DNA from: Vicugna vicugna
Taxonomy: Eukaryota
Direction of reading: 5' to 3'
DNA: 64,000 bases
Assembly (NCBI GenBank): GCA_013265495.1
Contig: MU058844.1
Coordinates: 1,060,941 to 1,124,940 of the forward strand
The notes under the pieces were generated by a model. The model had not been told where the DNA came from, did not search any database, and saw nothing but the letters and a program-made list of their open reading frames with translations. The position numbers and the translations under genes are program-made. Shown piece by piece: positions 38,761 through 52,190 of this stretch (positions are counted from its first letter, which is position 1; every line of letters starts with the position of its first letter).

Positions 38761-39589
38761 GACTAGTAAAGGAATAAACACATTCAAGTCCATGAAGAGG
38801 CTACTTCAGTGAGTGGAACCATAATGTTATCCCAATATGCCAGGTTGCTGTGGGAACGAGATGTACAAATAACCTAAATATTCTGGTTATCTTTATAAAC
38901 CTTATCAAGAAGTGGATCTGGCCTCACTGCATGGCAAATCCCCAGATAAGGATGCCCACATTGATGGATTGTTTCACCCACAGGTTAGCTGCCATAAAAT
39001 AGTTCTCTTCATCCTTCCCTGTATACTACTTGACCTGTTGCTCCTTTAATTTTTTTTTTTTTACTAGTCTTTTCCTTTGGAGGTCCTTGCTTGATTCAAC
39101 TGATACTAAAAAGGGAACAGTAGAGCAGTTCAATAGATTTGTACCCCATCTCTATATAGGGTGAGGGTAGTTTTTCAAGAAAAAGAATGGATTTTTCTTC
39201 TTTTAAAGTTCACACTGTTTTGATTTAGAATGCTCTTAAAAACAAAGATGAATGAAAAAATAAAATTTTCAAGTGATTAATATAATAATATTTATTCTTA
39301 AAAAATCTATCAAACAATACTGCATATTTTTAAAGCTACATACATATGCAGAAAAACATCTAGAAGGAGACACAACAGACCTTGGGGAGAAATTTGGGAT
39401 TGTAGCTGGTGGCCAAATGGGATTTTGTCTGATTCATGCTATTATATTATTTTACCTGGAGAATGTATTCACGTATTATTTTTATACTAAAAAAAGAATA
39501 ATGTGAAAAGAGGTAAATTTAATGGAGACCAGCGAGGAAACTGTTGTAATATCCAGAAATGAGATGATTAGGATCTGAAATAAAAATGA

Positions 39590-39850
39590 AGACAGTATAG
39601 CCTAGTTATTGAAAACAAGTGTTGTGATTCCAGACTGCTCGGGCTTGAATTTTGGCTCTCACACTCACCAGCTATGTGTCAACTGGGTAAATTACCTCAC
39701 TTATCTGTATCATGGCCACTTCATCTATGAATGAATATGCAAAAAATAGCACCTACTCATAGAGTTGTTGTGATAATTAAATGACTTAGTACATGAGACG
39801 TGCTTGGGACAATGGTACATTGTAAGGCCTCTGTAAATACTAGCTACAAT
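39590..39850 (+). mobile_element. MIR SINE
   Basis: cagactgctcgggcttgaattttggctctc...agcacctactcatagagttgttgtgataattaaatga. Confidence 0.8.
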
Positions 39851-41256
39851 TTTATGGGGAATAGACAGGACTGGGCTGGGGGGAGTGGGAAGAGTGATGA
39901 GTAACTGAAGAGGCTAGTACCTTGGATACCAGATTGATGTTGGATATCTTGTCAGGTCTTGTGAGTCATCATGCTTTTATGACCATCACTTCCCACTGAT
40001 TGCCCTGAGGTCGCAGGGGTATAGAACATCATAATGACTCTCAGTAATTCTATGGCTGATACTGGAAGTTGCTTTTCTAATCATGAATTGCAATCTGGAA
40101 TGAGATGGTCACATCACTTAGCCTCCTGTCTAGTTCTCTAATTAGTATGTTGGTAACCATGTCACTTATCTTTGATGATTAGAATTTTTTTTAATTAATA
40201 ATGTGATGATACACATTTCAACAGATATAAAATGCCTCTTTCCCACTTTCTTCTGCATTTTCTATTGCATTTTCAGTCTCTGATAAATCTGCTTTTCTGG
40301 ATAATGTTGTGGGAAAACAAGACGGGTCAAAGGAAAAACTTATTACCTCTCAGGGCCCATTTGTGTTAAAACACAAAGATAGCTATCACTCAAGGGATAG
40401 TAGCAGGAGGGGAGACTCTGGCACACTGCCTACTTCTCTGAATTATTTTAAGAAACCAATGAGGAAGAGTATGCTTTGAGAAAATATAAAACTGTATAGA
40501 CATTAGTATTTAATCTGTTGGCTTCCTATTTGTCATTTTTTTCCTATACTGTGTGAAAACACTGTATTCTAGATTGCTGCATTTTAAATAAACAGCATTC
40601 ATGGAGTTAATATTTCTCTATAGTTTTGTCTACCTGCCTCACCTTTGAGTTTTCTGACTATTGAGTAATTATTTAAACCTTGACATTTTATTTCTTTAAA
40701 TTTTTAGGACTGATATGCTAATTGCCAAATCTTTGGAAAAGGACAAACATTTTATTTAGATGTTATTCATCCTTTCTACCCAATGTATATCTACACATTT
40801 TTTTTTCTTATTATGAACCTAAATGAAGTTTTGATGACATGAAGGCCTTTTCATCTGTGCTTGGGAAACTCTTTGAACCCTTCCTGGAGGTCTTAATTTG
40901 GCTTTTAGTTGCCTTGATTTGGGTCAGAATCTAGACCCTTGTTTAGCCTCTTAGATAAGTCTGTAATAATCTACAAACTGTAGCCACAATTTAGCTCCTT
41001 TTTCTATGCTGGCCTATATTGCAGGTCATAATGACTGTCTGTTTCCTACCATAAGAAAAAAAAATGCTTCTCTTAACTACTGATTTTTGTCTTATTATTA
41101 TTTGTAATCCAGGAGTTTTTACATGTTTCTGGGCTTTTCCTTATAATGGATTTTTCTCCTTTATGTATCAGAAAAACATCTTAATATGTTACTATGAATT
41201 TAAAATTTGATTCTCAAGTGAGAAGATACTGATATTTTGGGAAATTCTAAAATGTG

Positions 41257-41330
41257 CTTTTTTAAAATAACACTTTATTGAGGTATAATTGGCATACAGT
41301 AAACTGTATACATTTCAAATGCTCAATTTA
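41257..41330 (-). mobile_element. Short L1 3' terminal fragment
   Basis: ttttttaaaataacactttattgaggtataattggcatacagtaaactg. Confidence 0.65.
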
Positions 41331-41399
41331 AAACCAGCTTTTAAGTACTAAACTTCAATTCATTTTTTGCAGAACCTCCGATTTAGGTACCAGACTGTC

Positions 41400-42025
41400 C
41401 TTCTCCTTGTTTTCAAAACCAAGCTGGTAAAGGGCACTGTCATAACTCACTTTCCTGATACTCGTCTTTCAGTAAAATCCATTCTCAGTTCCTCTCGATC
41501 AGGCTTCTGTTCTCATTCCTCAGGTAAAATTGCTGTGGTAAACTCCACTACCATATCCAGTAGACATTTTCTAGTCTTTTCTTACGTGGATTCTTTGTGA
41601 CATTTGCCACCGTTGATCATGTACCATCTTGAAAGTGTCAACTTTCTTGGCATCCACAAGGACACACTCTGCTGGTCTCCCTCCTACCACTGGCACAGTC
41701 CCTTCTCAGCCTCCTTTCTCTACCTGCCCCTGAAGTGGTAGAGGCAATGCCACGGCTCTGCCCTTTGTTTCTCATCTTCTCAATCTCTGCACTCTCCCTG
41801 AGTGGACTCGTGCACTCAACTTGTTAGTCATAATGAACAGATGTTGACAAGTTACAGATGAATGATTTCAGCCTAGACTCCTTTCTAACAGCAGACCCAC
41901 ACACACATCAACTGCCTATTGGACATTTCTACCTGTGTATACCATAGGCATACAGATTTCAGATTTTTTAAATCTCACTTCATTATCATCCTTTCAAAAC
42001 CTTTCTCTTCCTTCTCTATTCCTTG
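41400..42025 (+). mobile_element. L2 fragment
   Basis: tttcttggcatccac...cactctgctggtctccctcctacc...caactgcctattggacatttctacctg. Confidence 0.75.
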
Positions 42026-42297
42026 GCCAAAGAGTTAGACCTTCTCTGTCAGAAGCTTACAGTGTTTGCTGGGGAAACAATGTATGAGTGCATGAAGTAA
42101 TCACTAACAAGTTTGTGTTGTTTATGTCAGTTTGGTGTAATGAAGCAATAGTACCATACAACCATTAGGGGAGAGAACCTTAGAGACTAAATTCCTAGTG
42201 ATGGGGAAGAGCTGATGGATGCAAAGAGTATTCAGAAAAGTGAGAATATCAAAGTGAGTCAGGAATTGTCAAGAAAGCCTTCACAGAGCCCATGCAA

Positions 42298-42600
42298 CTT
42301 CATTCCTTCATTTATTCAACAACCACTTGTTGAGAATTTTCCATGTATTGTGGATCTTATGTTCTGGAGAAGCATCAATGGAGAAGAGGCAAGACTCTTG
42401 TTCTCATGAAGCATATATTCTACCAGGAAGAATCAGACAATGAATATGTAAAACACTAATAAAAATATAACTTCAGACAGAGATAAATACTACTAAAAAA
42501 TTAACAGAGTAGTGAACTAGAAAATGATAGAAGGGTTGGGGGTGGATTCCATTAGACATTGTGATGAGGGAAGCTTCTGAGGTGTGACATTTGAACTGTT
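42298..42600 (-). mobile_element. L2 fragment
   Basis: ttcattccttcatttattcaaca...gagggaagcttctgaggtgtgacatttgaact. Confidence 0.7.
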
Positions 42601-44894
42601 TGTTGAATGAGTAAATGAATCTTCCTTTCTTCCTCGGCTCTAAAGAGAAAAAATGTTTAAAAACCAAACTGAACCATTAAAAGGAACCCACAGAGTGGGT
42701 TTCATGCACTGAGTTTTTTAGAATCTTTCCAATAAATCTGGAACAAATGTTTCTCTGTTTCACTTTCTTTTCTTTGACATTTGACATAAGACTTACTGGA
42801 CTTTTCTTTCTCAACCAAATACTGTTTTTGTGCTTGCAATGCTGAGAAAACAGAAAAATTCTGAGTGAGGAGGCCCCTCTTTGTAGTGTCTGAAGTGGAA
42901 GATCCTTAGCAATGAACAAACTTTGGTCTCCTATTTATCTTTTATGGTATCCCCAGATCCTACAGTTTCTCCAGCATAGGAAGAAAAGAGAGAACTATTT
43001 ATAAGTGGTGTCTTAAATGTTTTTTCAGGGAATTGAATTCAGGAAGCTGGTTTCCGGGAAAACAGCAATAGCTAAGACAAATTCACGTAAAGGTCTTTAT
43101 CTTCTAGTAGAAGGAAACAGACAATAAACAAATAAACAAAAATAAAGTGCCAGATAGTGATAAATACTGTTAATAAAGGGGAGGAGGGTAAAGGGATAGA
43201 AAATAATGGAGGAGAAAGAGTTTTAGAAGGTATCTCTTGGGAGGTAATATTTGAGTGGAGACGTGAGAAGGTACCAGTAATAAGAGGGAGAAGCAAACTC
43301 GGAGGGTCAGCAAATCAGTCAGCCAAGAGTCTGGTTTGTTCAGCAGACGGATAATTTCTCATTTCCATACTTTGCCATTTATACCACACTGCTTTCACAA
43401 ACATGACATTTAGACCAGAAAGGGAAGTCCATTTGGCCTGTAGACCTCTTACGTGAAGGGAAATTTTTTTCCCTAAAGTTGTCTCATCATCTTAAATGAA
43501 CTGATGTCCTCAAAAAATGCATACTCAATTCTCTTGTTGGAGACAAGATTCGTAAAGAGCTGAATTTGTTTTTAGTTATAGTTTTACTATGGTAGCAGCA
43601 GGAGGATAAAAAGAACTACATGCAAAACTGGTCCTTTATGGTCTCATTGACTTTAAATTCAGTGAAATTAAATGTAAAAGCATGAATGTGTACTTAACGT
43701 TGGTAGAGGGGAGGAGGGAGAACGTCATTCCTGAAGGTTTCATTTCCCAAGCTCATGTCTCTGCTCCACCATCAGAAAGCCCACAATTTCCCTTGGGGGT
43801 TATAACTTTTCACGTGGAATAAGGAAAAAGAACTAAGACTAGCTACCATTGAAGAGAAGCCAGAAACCATCGGTATTTGGTTTTCATTGTTTCTGGTTTC
43901 TGTTTGAAGATGCTCGCTCTTGGAGAACACATAATGCTGACCTGGGGAATTTCTGCTTGAGGCTTTCGAATGACCCAGATGAGCTGGTTGATGAGACGAA
44001 ATCTTTTCTTTAAAAGACGTTTTAGGAAGAAAATAGGACTTAAAGTCAAAGCCTGGAAGTTAAGTCCTTTCCCCATTATACTTGCTGTGTGGCTTTCAGT
44101 GAGTCACAGAACTCATTTTCCAGGACAGTGAGGACCAGACAATGAATCTGGTGTTTGGTACTTGCAAAGCACGTTGAAAATATTGCTTATTGGCTGTTAT
44201 TGTTCCGATTATCATTGTTTTTATTCTCTTGGTAGATTACTCTTCCAATGACTCATTTTCTCCAAGAGACTTGATAATTTGAGAGTTTTCATACCATCCT
44301 TGTTTTGAAGAAGTGTGTTCTAATTAATTCAATACAGCAAATATTTAAACTTAAAAAAAAAGAAAATTACATATTAGAAGGGGCTCACAGGACAGGTGTG
44401 GCATTAATTTAGTCTAATGTAAGTTGAAGAAAGAGCCAGAAAGAAAGCATTAGTCAAGAGTTACAGGAATATAAGAGGGTCTGAAGGATGAATTCTGTCA
44501 GGGGGAACCAACAAAAAGACTCCATGGAGAAGTGGTGGCATAGAGAAAACTCAGTTACTTTTACAGAGGTAAAACAGACGGAGCAAGGCCCTGGCCTGGG
44601 ATTGGCCTGAACCCCTGTGTAGGGGTGGGCACAGGACAGAGTGGGCAGGACATCCAGAGCAGCATGTACAATCTGTCTGGTAAGCATGGCAGCAGCCACT
44701 ATGTGATTTTCCAGTAAACTGTCAACATCAGAGGGCTGAGAGCAGGAAAGAAGGGCAAGTCCCCACAGGCCCAGTGACAGGGGCACAGGGGTGAGTGATA
44801 ATAACAGCTCCTGGCAGCCAGGCAGCAGCTAATCAGGACCAGAAAATCTGGCATGAGTAGCAGGGTCTCAGAAAGCTTTCTCATCATCACCCCA

Positions 44895-44895
<1 letters not shown>

Positions 44896-44935
<40 letters not shown>

Positions 44936-45121
44936 CCCCCACTCTTCCTTCCATTGGAGGTTATAACTATTTATCAAACATAGATGCTAGAGTCAGAAGG
45001 CCTGGTATGAGTCCTGGTTCCACCATTTATTGGCTGTGTGACCTTGGGCAAATTTCTCAAACCCTCTGTAACATAGGTCTACTGCTAGAAGGAGTAAGTG
45101 ATAAAAGAGACTGTGTTTAGG

Positions 45122-45163
<42 letters not shown>

Positions 45164-45351
45164 CCCCCACTCTTCCTTCCATTGGAGGTTATAACTATTT
45201 ATCAAACATAGATGCTAGAGTCAGAAGGCCTGGTATGAGTCCTGGTTCCACCATTTATTGGCTGTGTGACCTTGGGCAAATTTCTCAAACCCTCTGTAAC
45301 ATAGGTCTACTGCTAGAAGGAGTAAGTGATAAAAGAGACTGTGTTTAGGAA
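44896..45351. repeat. Tandem duplication, 2 x 228 bp, each unit (CA)n plus a MIR-containing segment
   Basis: 44935-45123 and 45163-45351 read as identical, and each is preceded by a (CA)18-19 tract. Confidence 0.95.
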
Positions 45352-46577
45352 GTGTCACAGAGCCTGGCACATAATAAATACTCAATAAATAGGATGCATG
45401 AAAATAAAACCAGGGCTAGAGCCAAAACTGGGCTCACACATGAGATTTAAGATGATTCTCACAACAAAGATGTACTTGAACCTGGAGCAGTGGCAAGTCT
45501 CAGCTAATGCTGTGTCTCAGAGGATGAGATGACTTACCTTTTGTTTGGTCTGCCTGACTCAGAGTGGGTCTGTAGATTGGCACAGGGTTGCACTTCCCTG
45601 TGAGGGTCAGGGAAAGGGATGCAGAGTCTGGAACTTGGCAGGTGTATAATATGCTGCCAGGCAAAAATGTGAGCATTCTAGAATTAAGAGAGGGTGCAGC
45701 AGGGGCAAAAGCACATGGAAAGCTATGTGAAGCCAGAAAATAAGGGCTGAGGGGTGAGTGGGTCATTAGGAAGTGAAATCAGTGATCCCACCAAGAGGTC
45801 CCAATGTAAATTCCAGAAAGTTGGAGGTTGGCTGAAAAAATAAGCAGGATTGAATGAGAGGTCTTCAGGAGCGGGGAGATTTGAGTCAATTGTTAGTTTA
45901 GGAATAGATGTGAAAGTGAGGGAGAAACTAAATGAATGAGAAAGTGTGATTGGTGGAACAAGTTTATGAAAGAGAGAGGATCACGTGGTTAGGGGGAGTT
46001 ACTTTTGGAATGAAGGAGGCATTCTTCTTCAAAAATGGAGGGTGAAGACGTAGAGAAATAGTGAGATAGGGAAGAGGGAAGTTGAGGAAGTCTTTCTGGT
46101 GGCCTCGATCTCAGAGAAAAATGAGACAGAGTCATCTTCAAGGGAGGGTGGTGGACGTATGTGAGGCAGCGGCTTAAGGAAAAGGTGCCAAATAGTGACT
46201 GGGGAATTTGGTAGGAAGCTGACTGGAGATGAATCACTCCACTGTGACTTCTGCATATCTGGAATGCACCTACCCAGGCTGCCTCAAATGGAAACTGCAA
46301 GTTGCCTATACTGATGGTCTCAGACAGCAAAACCAAGCTCATCCTCCCCACTCCAGCTGACACAAATTGCTTGCACCCACTGTCCCCACTTCCCACCACA
46401 GGGCCTCCCCTCCACATGCACTCCCCTCTGCAGACCCTGCTCTCAGAGGTCGCCCAGGCAACCTGGAAACACTGCTGCCTTTTCTCAGTTCTTGTTCTTA
46501 CTGCTGTCCCTTTTTTCCCTCAAAACATTCTCCCTTGCCCTCTCTCCCTTTCTCTGTCCTTGATGTTTTTGTTCAGA

Positions 46578-46716
46578 CCAGTCTTTCTCAAATGTGCATA
46601 CAGATCACCTAGGGAATTTTGGTAAAATGCAGAGCATAATTCTGGAAGTCCTCTGTGGGGCCTGAGAATCTCCATTTGTAACAAGATCCCAGGTGATGCT
46701 GATGCTGAGGGTCCTT
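46578..46716. mobile_element. MER5A DNA element
   Basis: cagtctttctcaaa...atcacctagggaa...ggggcctgagaatctccatttgtaacaagatcccaggtgatgctgatgctg. Confidence 0.85.
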
Positions 46717-49234
46717 GTGCCAATTCCATGACACTTACCTGATTTTGTCCTATAGCACAGCTATATCAATGCTGTTTCTCCCCCTATATTTTGAGGGTCG
46801 CATTAGTATCTTTCTACATCTTTGTATCTTCTCAAGTGCCTGGTGCATTGTCTTATTGCTGGTCCCCAGTAAATTCGTGTGGGATTCATGGCATAATGCT
46901 TAAAACTTCTACTTTGTGTCTGACTGGGCTTATATACAGGGCTTGCCTTCTCCAGTGTCTTTCCTGTGTTAGTATTTTATCTCACTTCCACTAAAATATG
47001 TAACCTCAACCCTAGGCGCAATATGTATCTGAAAGGAATCTCCATACTAAAACGTTAATAATTCGAAGTATTACTTATTTCAAGAATATTTGAAAGAAAA
47101 AGATCCCCAGAGATCAGTGTTTAGCATATATGATAGAGCATAGCCTATGCCATATGTCTCGTGTTCCTCTAGGTAATTAATTTCATAGTATCTTGCTGAG
47201 TAACAGCTCCCCTGGGTATATTTGAACCATGGGAGAGGTGTCCCCACCACAGAATGTTATTTAGAAAGTTCTTAAACTGAAAATCCATTATCTACATGTT
47301 AGAATTGTGTGGACAATTACAATCTTCTCTTGCCTTTGCTTCGGATTAACCACTCACTCACCTGGTAACCTGGAAGTGGGTATTTTGTGATTTAGGATTC
47401 ACAATTTCCCACCTTCCCACTGTCCTGGAACTTCAGTGAGCATGCTGATTTTAGTTCCATGGTCCACATAGCATCATGTAGTATCTTCAGTCTTGGAAAA
47501 GGGAAAAAAAAAATCCCTTCTGATCCTTCCCAGTGCAGTTGCTGTCTCTGTTCCACCCATGCTTCTCCACGGGGCTTGTGCCGCTTCCCACTGCAGTTGC
47601 TGCTTTTGAGAATTGATGGACCTTACAGTCAATGCATAGCCAGCTCCCGACCTGGGCTCCACATCAACCAATTCTCATAATGCTGGAAAGAGAGGGAGAA
47701 ATCAGTTCATTTGACACAGGAGGTCACATTTTAGTTTTATTTATCATCCAAATTATGGCTTGCCAGAGGGACATTTCTGACCCTCTGTGGGCCTCTGGGT
47801 TCTCATGATGGGATTCCGAAACCTGTAACACTCAAGCAGTAAGGACATATTTGAACAGAAGAGGTCTTCCCAGACCCTTGAACCTGTGCCATGTAGCCAG
47901 TCATTCCCTACACCTGTGCCTAAACTGCACCCTGAGCAGAGGAGGTCATCTCACTGAATGAATCATAACTTTGGGATCTACTTCGTCAGAGTAGCCTCAT
48001 GTAGGTACAATAAAATTTCTGAATGTGGCTCTTTCTCAGGCTACTTACATCCTCCCACCTTGAACCACTGATGTTTAGAACAACATGTGATGTAGTATGT
48101 CAGGCACTTTGCCAATAGAGTATCATGGATTGAGACAGAGAGGCCCTCAGAACTTTCTTCTTTAGAGATTCCTTGCTGATCATCTCAGTCCTCCACTGTT
48201 TGCCTTAGTTTTTATTCTGGCCACTTTAGTAACCATTTGCCCTCACACAAAACACATGCATCTTTGTACATCAACATCACACCTTATTCTCTCTGTAGAG
48301 GAGGGGTAGGCTGTTACTTGGCCACTTAAAAGGACCTGTCTTAAAAAGGACTTGTTCAGGGTGTGGCCAAAGGCGCGTCTGAAGCCCTAGAAATTGTAGG
48401 TAGAGAGTATTTCATGGGATGTTTGAAGATGCTGCCTGGGGAAATTATTAGGAGTCTGGAGCAATAATTATCATGTAGGCTGTTTCAGAAATTAACTTAA
48501 TGTAAAAATTGATGTCATCTGACTTGCTTAAGTGTAAGGAAGGACTGGGAGCCAATGGGCCCAAATTTGGCTTCAATTACCCTTTTAAGTAGTGGGTGTG
48601 GCAAGTGCTTATCTAATCGTGGTAGTTGGACCAGTGCGTTTGTATATTCAGGACTTTGTAATGAGATTCAATGGTTATCTATGTTCTGTACTCTTCCCCA
48701 CAGACTGCAAAAACACCCTTTGCTCAACCCTGTCTAATCGCTACAAGTGTCAACAGTCAAAGTGAATGTCAGAATGTAAGTTTATGGGGCAGTAACCCTG
48801 CCTGTTGGTATAAAAGAGCTATTCCCAGAAAAAAGGATTAGGTAATCATGTGATTTTCAATCTGACTGAGAGCACCTCAGTGGTTTGGTGATCCCAGATC
48901 CCCAAATCATGACCTTTTGGTCAGGCTGGTAGTCAGTGTAGGAGTGAGGGGTAGGTGGGAAGGTTGCAGCTGATGGTTGTTTAATGCATAGAACATGAGT
49001 CTCAGTCTTCTCTCTTTCAAGGTCAGACTTAAATCCCGAAGTCTGGTGTCTCTGTCCACCAAAACACTTAGTGATCACTCCCTAAATTAAGGTCTATTTA
49101 TTTAAACATTTACCAAATATCTCTTAAGTTCTAGATGCCAGATTAGACCATAACGAATCAAAGGAAAAAAGATATGAGACCTAGCTTTAGGAGTTCTCTA
49201 GCTAATTCTGAATCTCTGTACCACAGTTTGGAAT

Positions 49235-49432
49235 GTGATTTACAAACCTAGCTACTCAGTGGACTCACCACTGTAGCTTTTAAAAATGCTGATGCCTGGA
49301 TCTCTCCCCAGATATGTCAAATCAGAATTTCTGGGACTGGGGCCCCCAAACTTGTGTATTTAACAACTTCTCAAGACAATTCTTATGCAGCCAGCTTTGT
49401 AAAACTCTGCAGATCTGAGTTTGGGGACCACT
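49235..49432. mobile_element. MER5-type DNA element
   Basis: gcttttaaaaatgctgatgcctgg...aatcagaatttctggg...attcttatgcagccagc...tttggggaccact. Confidence 0.7.
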
Positions 49433-49629
49433 CACTTGTATTGCTTTTTGATACATAGCAATGTTATTATATGTATTTTATTAATTGTTTTATATGCCAA
49501 GCTCATGCAACCTGATTTACACTATGAAGAACTAATTTAAACTTTGAAGAACTATGACTTCTTCTATTCTCAAAGTCAATCACAGTATGTTTAGGCCTTT
49601 AATAAATCTGTGAGTGCATGCAAGAATTT

Positions 49630-49780
49630 TTTGGAGTTTTTTTGAAAATGCTGACATCAGGTCCTCACTCCATACCAATTAAGTTAGAGACTCTACACAT
49701 TGAGTCCTGGGTATTGACATTTTAAAGAAAGAAATTCTCCAATTGATTCTGATATGAATCCAGAGTAGACACCCATTAGA
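49630..49780. mobile_element. MER5-type DNA element
   Basis: aaaatgctgac...ccaattaagttagag...ttctccaattgattctgatatg. Confidence 0.55.
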
Positions 49781-49955
49781 ATAAATGTTTGCCACTGATG
49801 AGAATGAACATCACAGAATTGTTGTCTTCCTGGAACCAGCTTGTACCTTTTGATAATTCCTTCCATTTGTATGGTTATTTTCAGTGTTCAGAGTGCTTTC
49901 ATCTGTCTACATAAATCTTGTGTCCCCCTGGAAGAGACCTTGGAGATGGTTTATG

Positions 49956-50159
49956 CCAGGGGTCAGCAACATGTACAGGACTGAATAGTAAATGTTGTAG
50001 GCTTTGTGAATCATATGTCACAACTACTCTGCCTCTGTAGAATGGAAGCAGCCATGGGAATATGTAAAGAAACAGGTGTGGGTGTGTGCCAGTAAACTTT
50101 ATTTACAAAACAGGCTGGAACTGGATTTGACCTGTAGGCTGTTATTAGCTAACCACTGG
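49956..50159 (+). mobile_element. MER58A DNA element
   Basis: ccaggggtcagcaac...aatagtaaatgttgtaggctttgtg...ctttatttacaaaacaggc...ggatttgacc...ctaaccactgg. Confidence 0.85.
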
Positions 50160-51964
50160 TCAACATCAACACTCTAATTTTACAGATGAGGAAACTGAGG
50201 TCCAACTGGTAGTGTGATTTGACTCATATCTTATGACTAAAAAAATAAAAACAAGCCCCAAGTTCAGATACTTAGACTTAAAAAAAAAAAAAACCCCGAG
50301 ACCCCCCAATCAGTGGACAGTGTTCTAAAAAATTAAAGCATTGAAAAGAAGGTTTTTCTCATCCTTGCCTTCTGTTTTGGCCTGGCCTTACTGTGTGATG
50401 GTGGCCATGTACATGTTTATCACTATACCCTGACTGCAAGCTCCTAGAGACTACAGCCTGAACTTGTTCAGTGTCGTGTTCCGAGAGCCTGGGGCAAAGC
50501 AGTGCCCAGTACCTGTCAGTGAGTTGAATATATCAGAGCCCTGCATTTGGAGCTCAGTCTCTTGTGTTTGTTTCAGGACAACCTGATCCTGGTTGTCTCA
50601 TTGTCTTAATTAGTTTCTGTTAATATCTGGCTTACTAGGCTGTGCTTGTACTCTTTGTAACTTCAAACAACATTTATAAAATGACCAAAAAAAAAGTTTT
50701 GAGATTGTTGCAGAAGATAAAGCAAAGGTCAGAAGCCTGATTAATTTTAAAAATCCACCTTCATGTTTTGCCAAAAAACTATATGAAATCAATATGAATA
50801 CTGTTCTTCCTGATACTGTTTGCTCTTCACTTTTTCCCTCTTTCCAGGCATGCAGGACATTGTATGTACAATACGTTTCTGTCATATATTACATCCAGAA
50901 CTGCCCTTCCACCCCCACGGCCCCCTAACTGCTGTGCAGACTCTCCAGTTTGACCTTGGGAGGTACTGTTTACAGTTGGGTGAACCTGGGACTCTCCCTT
51001 TTCTTGATTCAAACTCAGCAAATGGGCAAGAAAAACCTGCAGAACCTGTTCAGCAATTTCAGACTATAAACAAGTAATCCAGAGGGAATAGGGGTAGATA
51101 TTACTTTATGACCGCAATTAACATCTTGTCTCCCAAGGTTGTCAACACACCAGGTTGAGCAGCGGCCTGAGAAAGTTGCTCACTTCCCAGGCAAGTTTGC
51201 TGACTGACATGCAAGTAACGCCATCCTGGGTGTTTGCTTAATGCAGGTGCAGTGGGCTATTATGCTGTGTCCTTTGCTTTAATCAAAACATGTTTTTCAC
51301 ACACATACACACACTTTCACACACACACAAAGTTGCTAATGTCTCTGTGTAGAAAAAGAGCAAGACAAAATGCTAGGGTCTGACAAGGACAGAAAACTTT
51401 TAAAAGATAATTCATTCTGGGGAAGAGTGGGCCAAATGCTTGGGAAATAAGTGAGGAGGGCAATTTAGCCATCAAATATAAGCTGTGGCTCTAATGTCAT
51501 ATAATTTGCATACCCACTGTACGGAACCGTATTATTTGACTTATAAATTTTGTACCATGATTTGAGAGTTACCAAAAAAAAAAATATACACAACATGGTT
51601 CCTGCCATCTACTAGTTGACAATCATTTGAGGAGAAAAGACAATGAATGTATGTTATTGAATGAATGATGTACACATTTAGAAAAATGGTGAAGACTCCA
51701 GATGAATGGGATAGATGACACCTTTTACATGAATTCAGAGGAGAGGATTGTGTGTGGAACGGAATGGCTAGGAAGTTGGTATTTGAATTAAGTCTTAAAG
51801 GATGGATTTGGATAGTAGAGGGGAAGGTGAAGACCATGCCAAGCTGGAGGCTAAATCAACAGAAGCATAAGTGAAGTTTGCCATCCAGCTGGGGTAGTGC
51901 ATTTTCCCGAGGCAGGGCAGTGCCTCTGCCTAGCAGAGTAAAGTGGAAGTGGCTGTGGGAAACT

Positions 51965-52190
51965 GAATGATGTCGTGGTAAAGTCTGTGGGCTTGGGTTC
52001 AGATCCCAACTCTGCCACTCTCCATTTATAACTTAGCAAAAGTAGCTTAATCTCCCCGAACCTCAGGCTCCTCTTCTGTAAAACTGGCTAATAATAGTGT
52101 CTATCTCATTGGTTATTTTGAGGATGAAATGAGACAATCCATATTAAACTTTCCATGTAATGGTTGGCACCCAGTCAATAATAGCTATTA
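51965..52190 (+). mobile_element. MIR SINE
   Basis: tgggttcagatcccaactctgccact...cctcaggctcctcttctgtaaaactggctaataatagt. Confidence 0.8.

Noticed and set aside
44896..45351. Repeat-spacer or CRISPR-like reading of the direct repeats
   Set aside because: Only two long copies with no unique spacers, in mammalian DNA.
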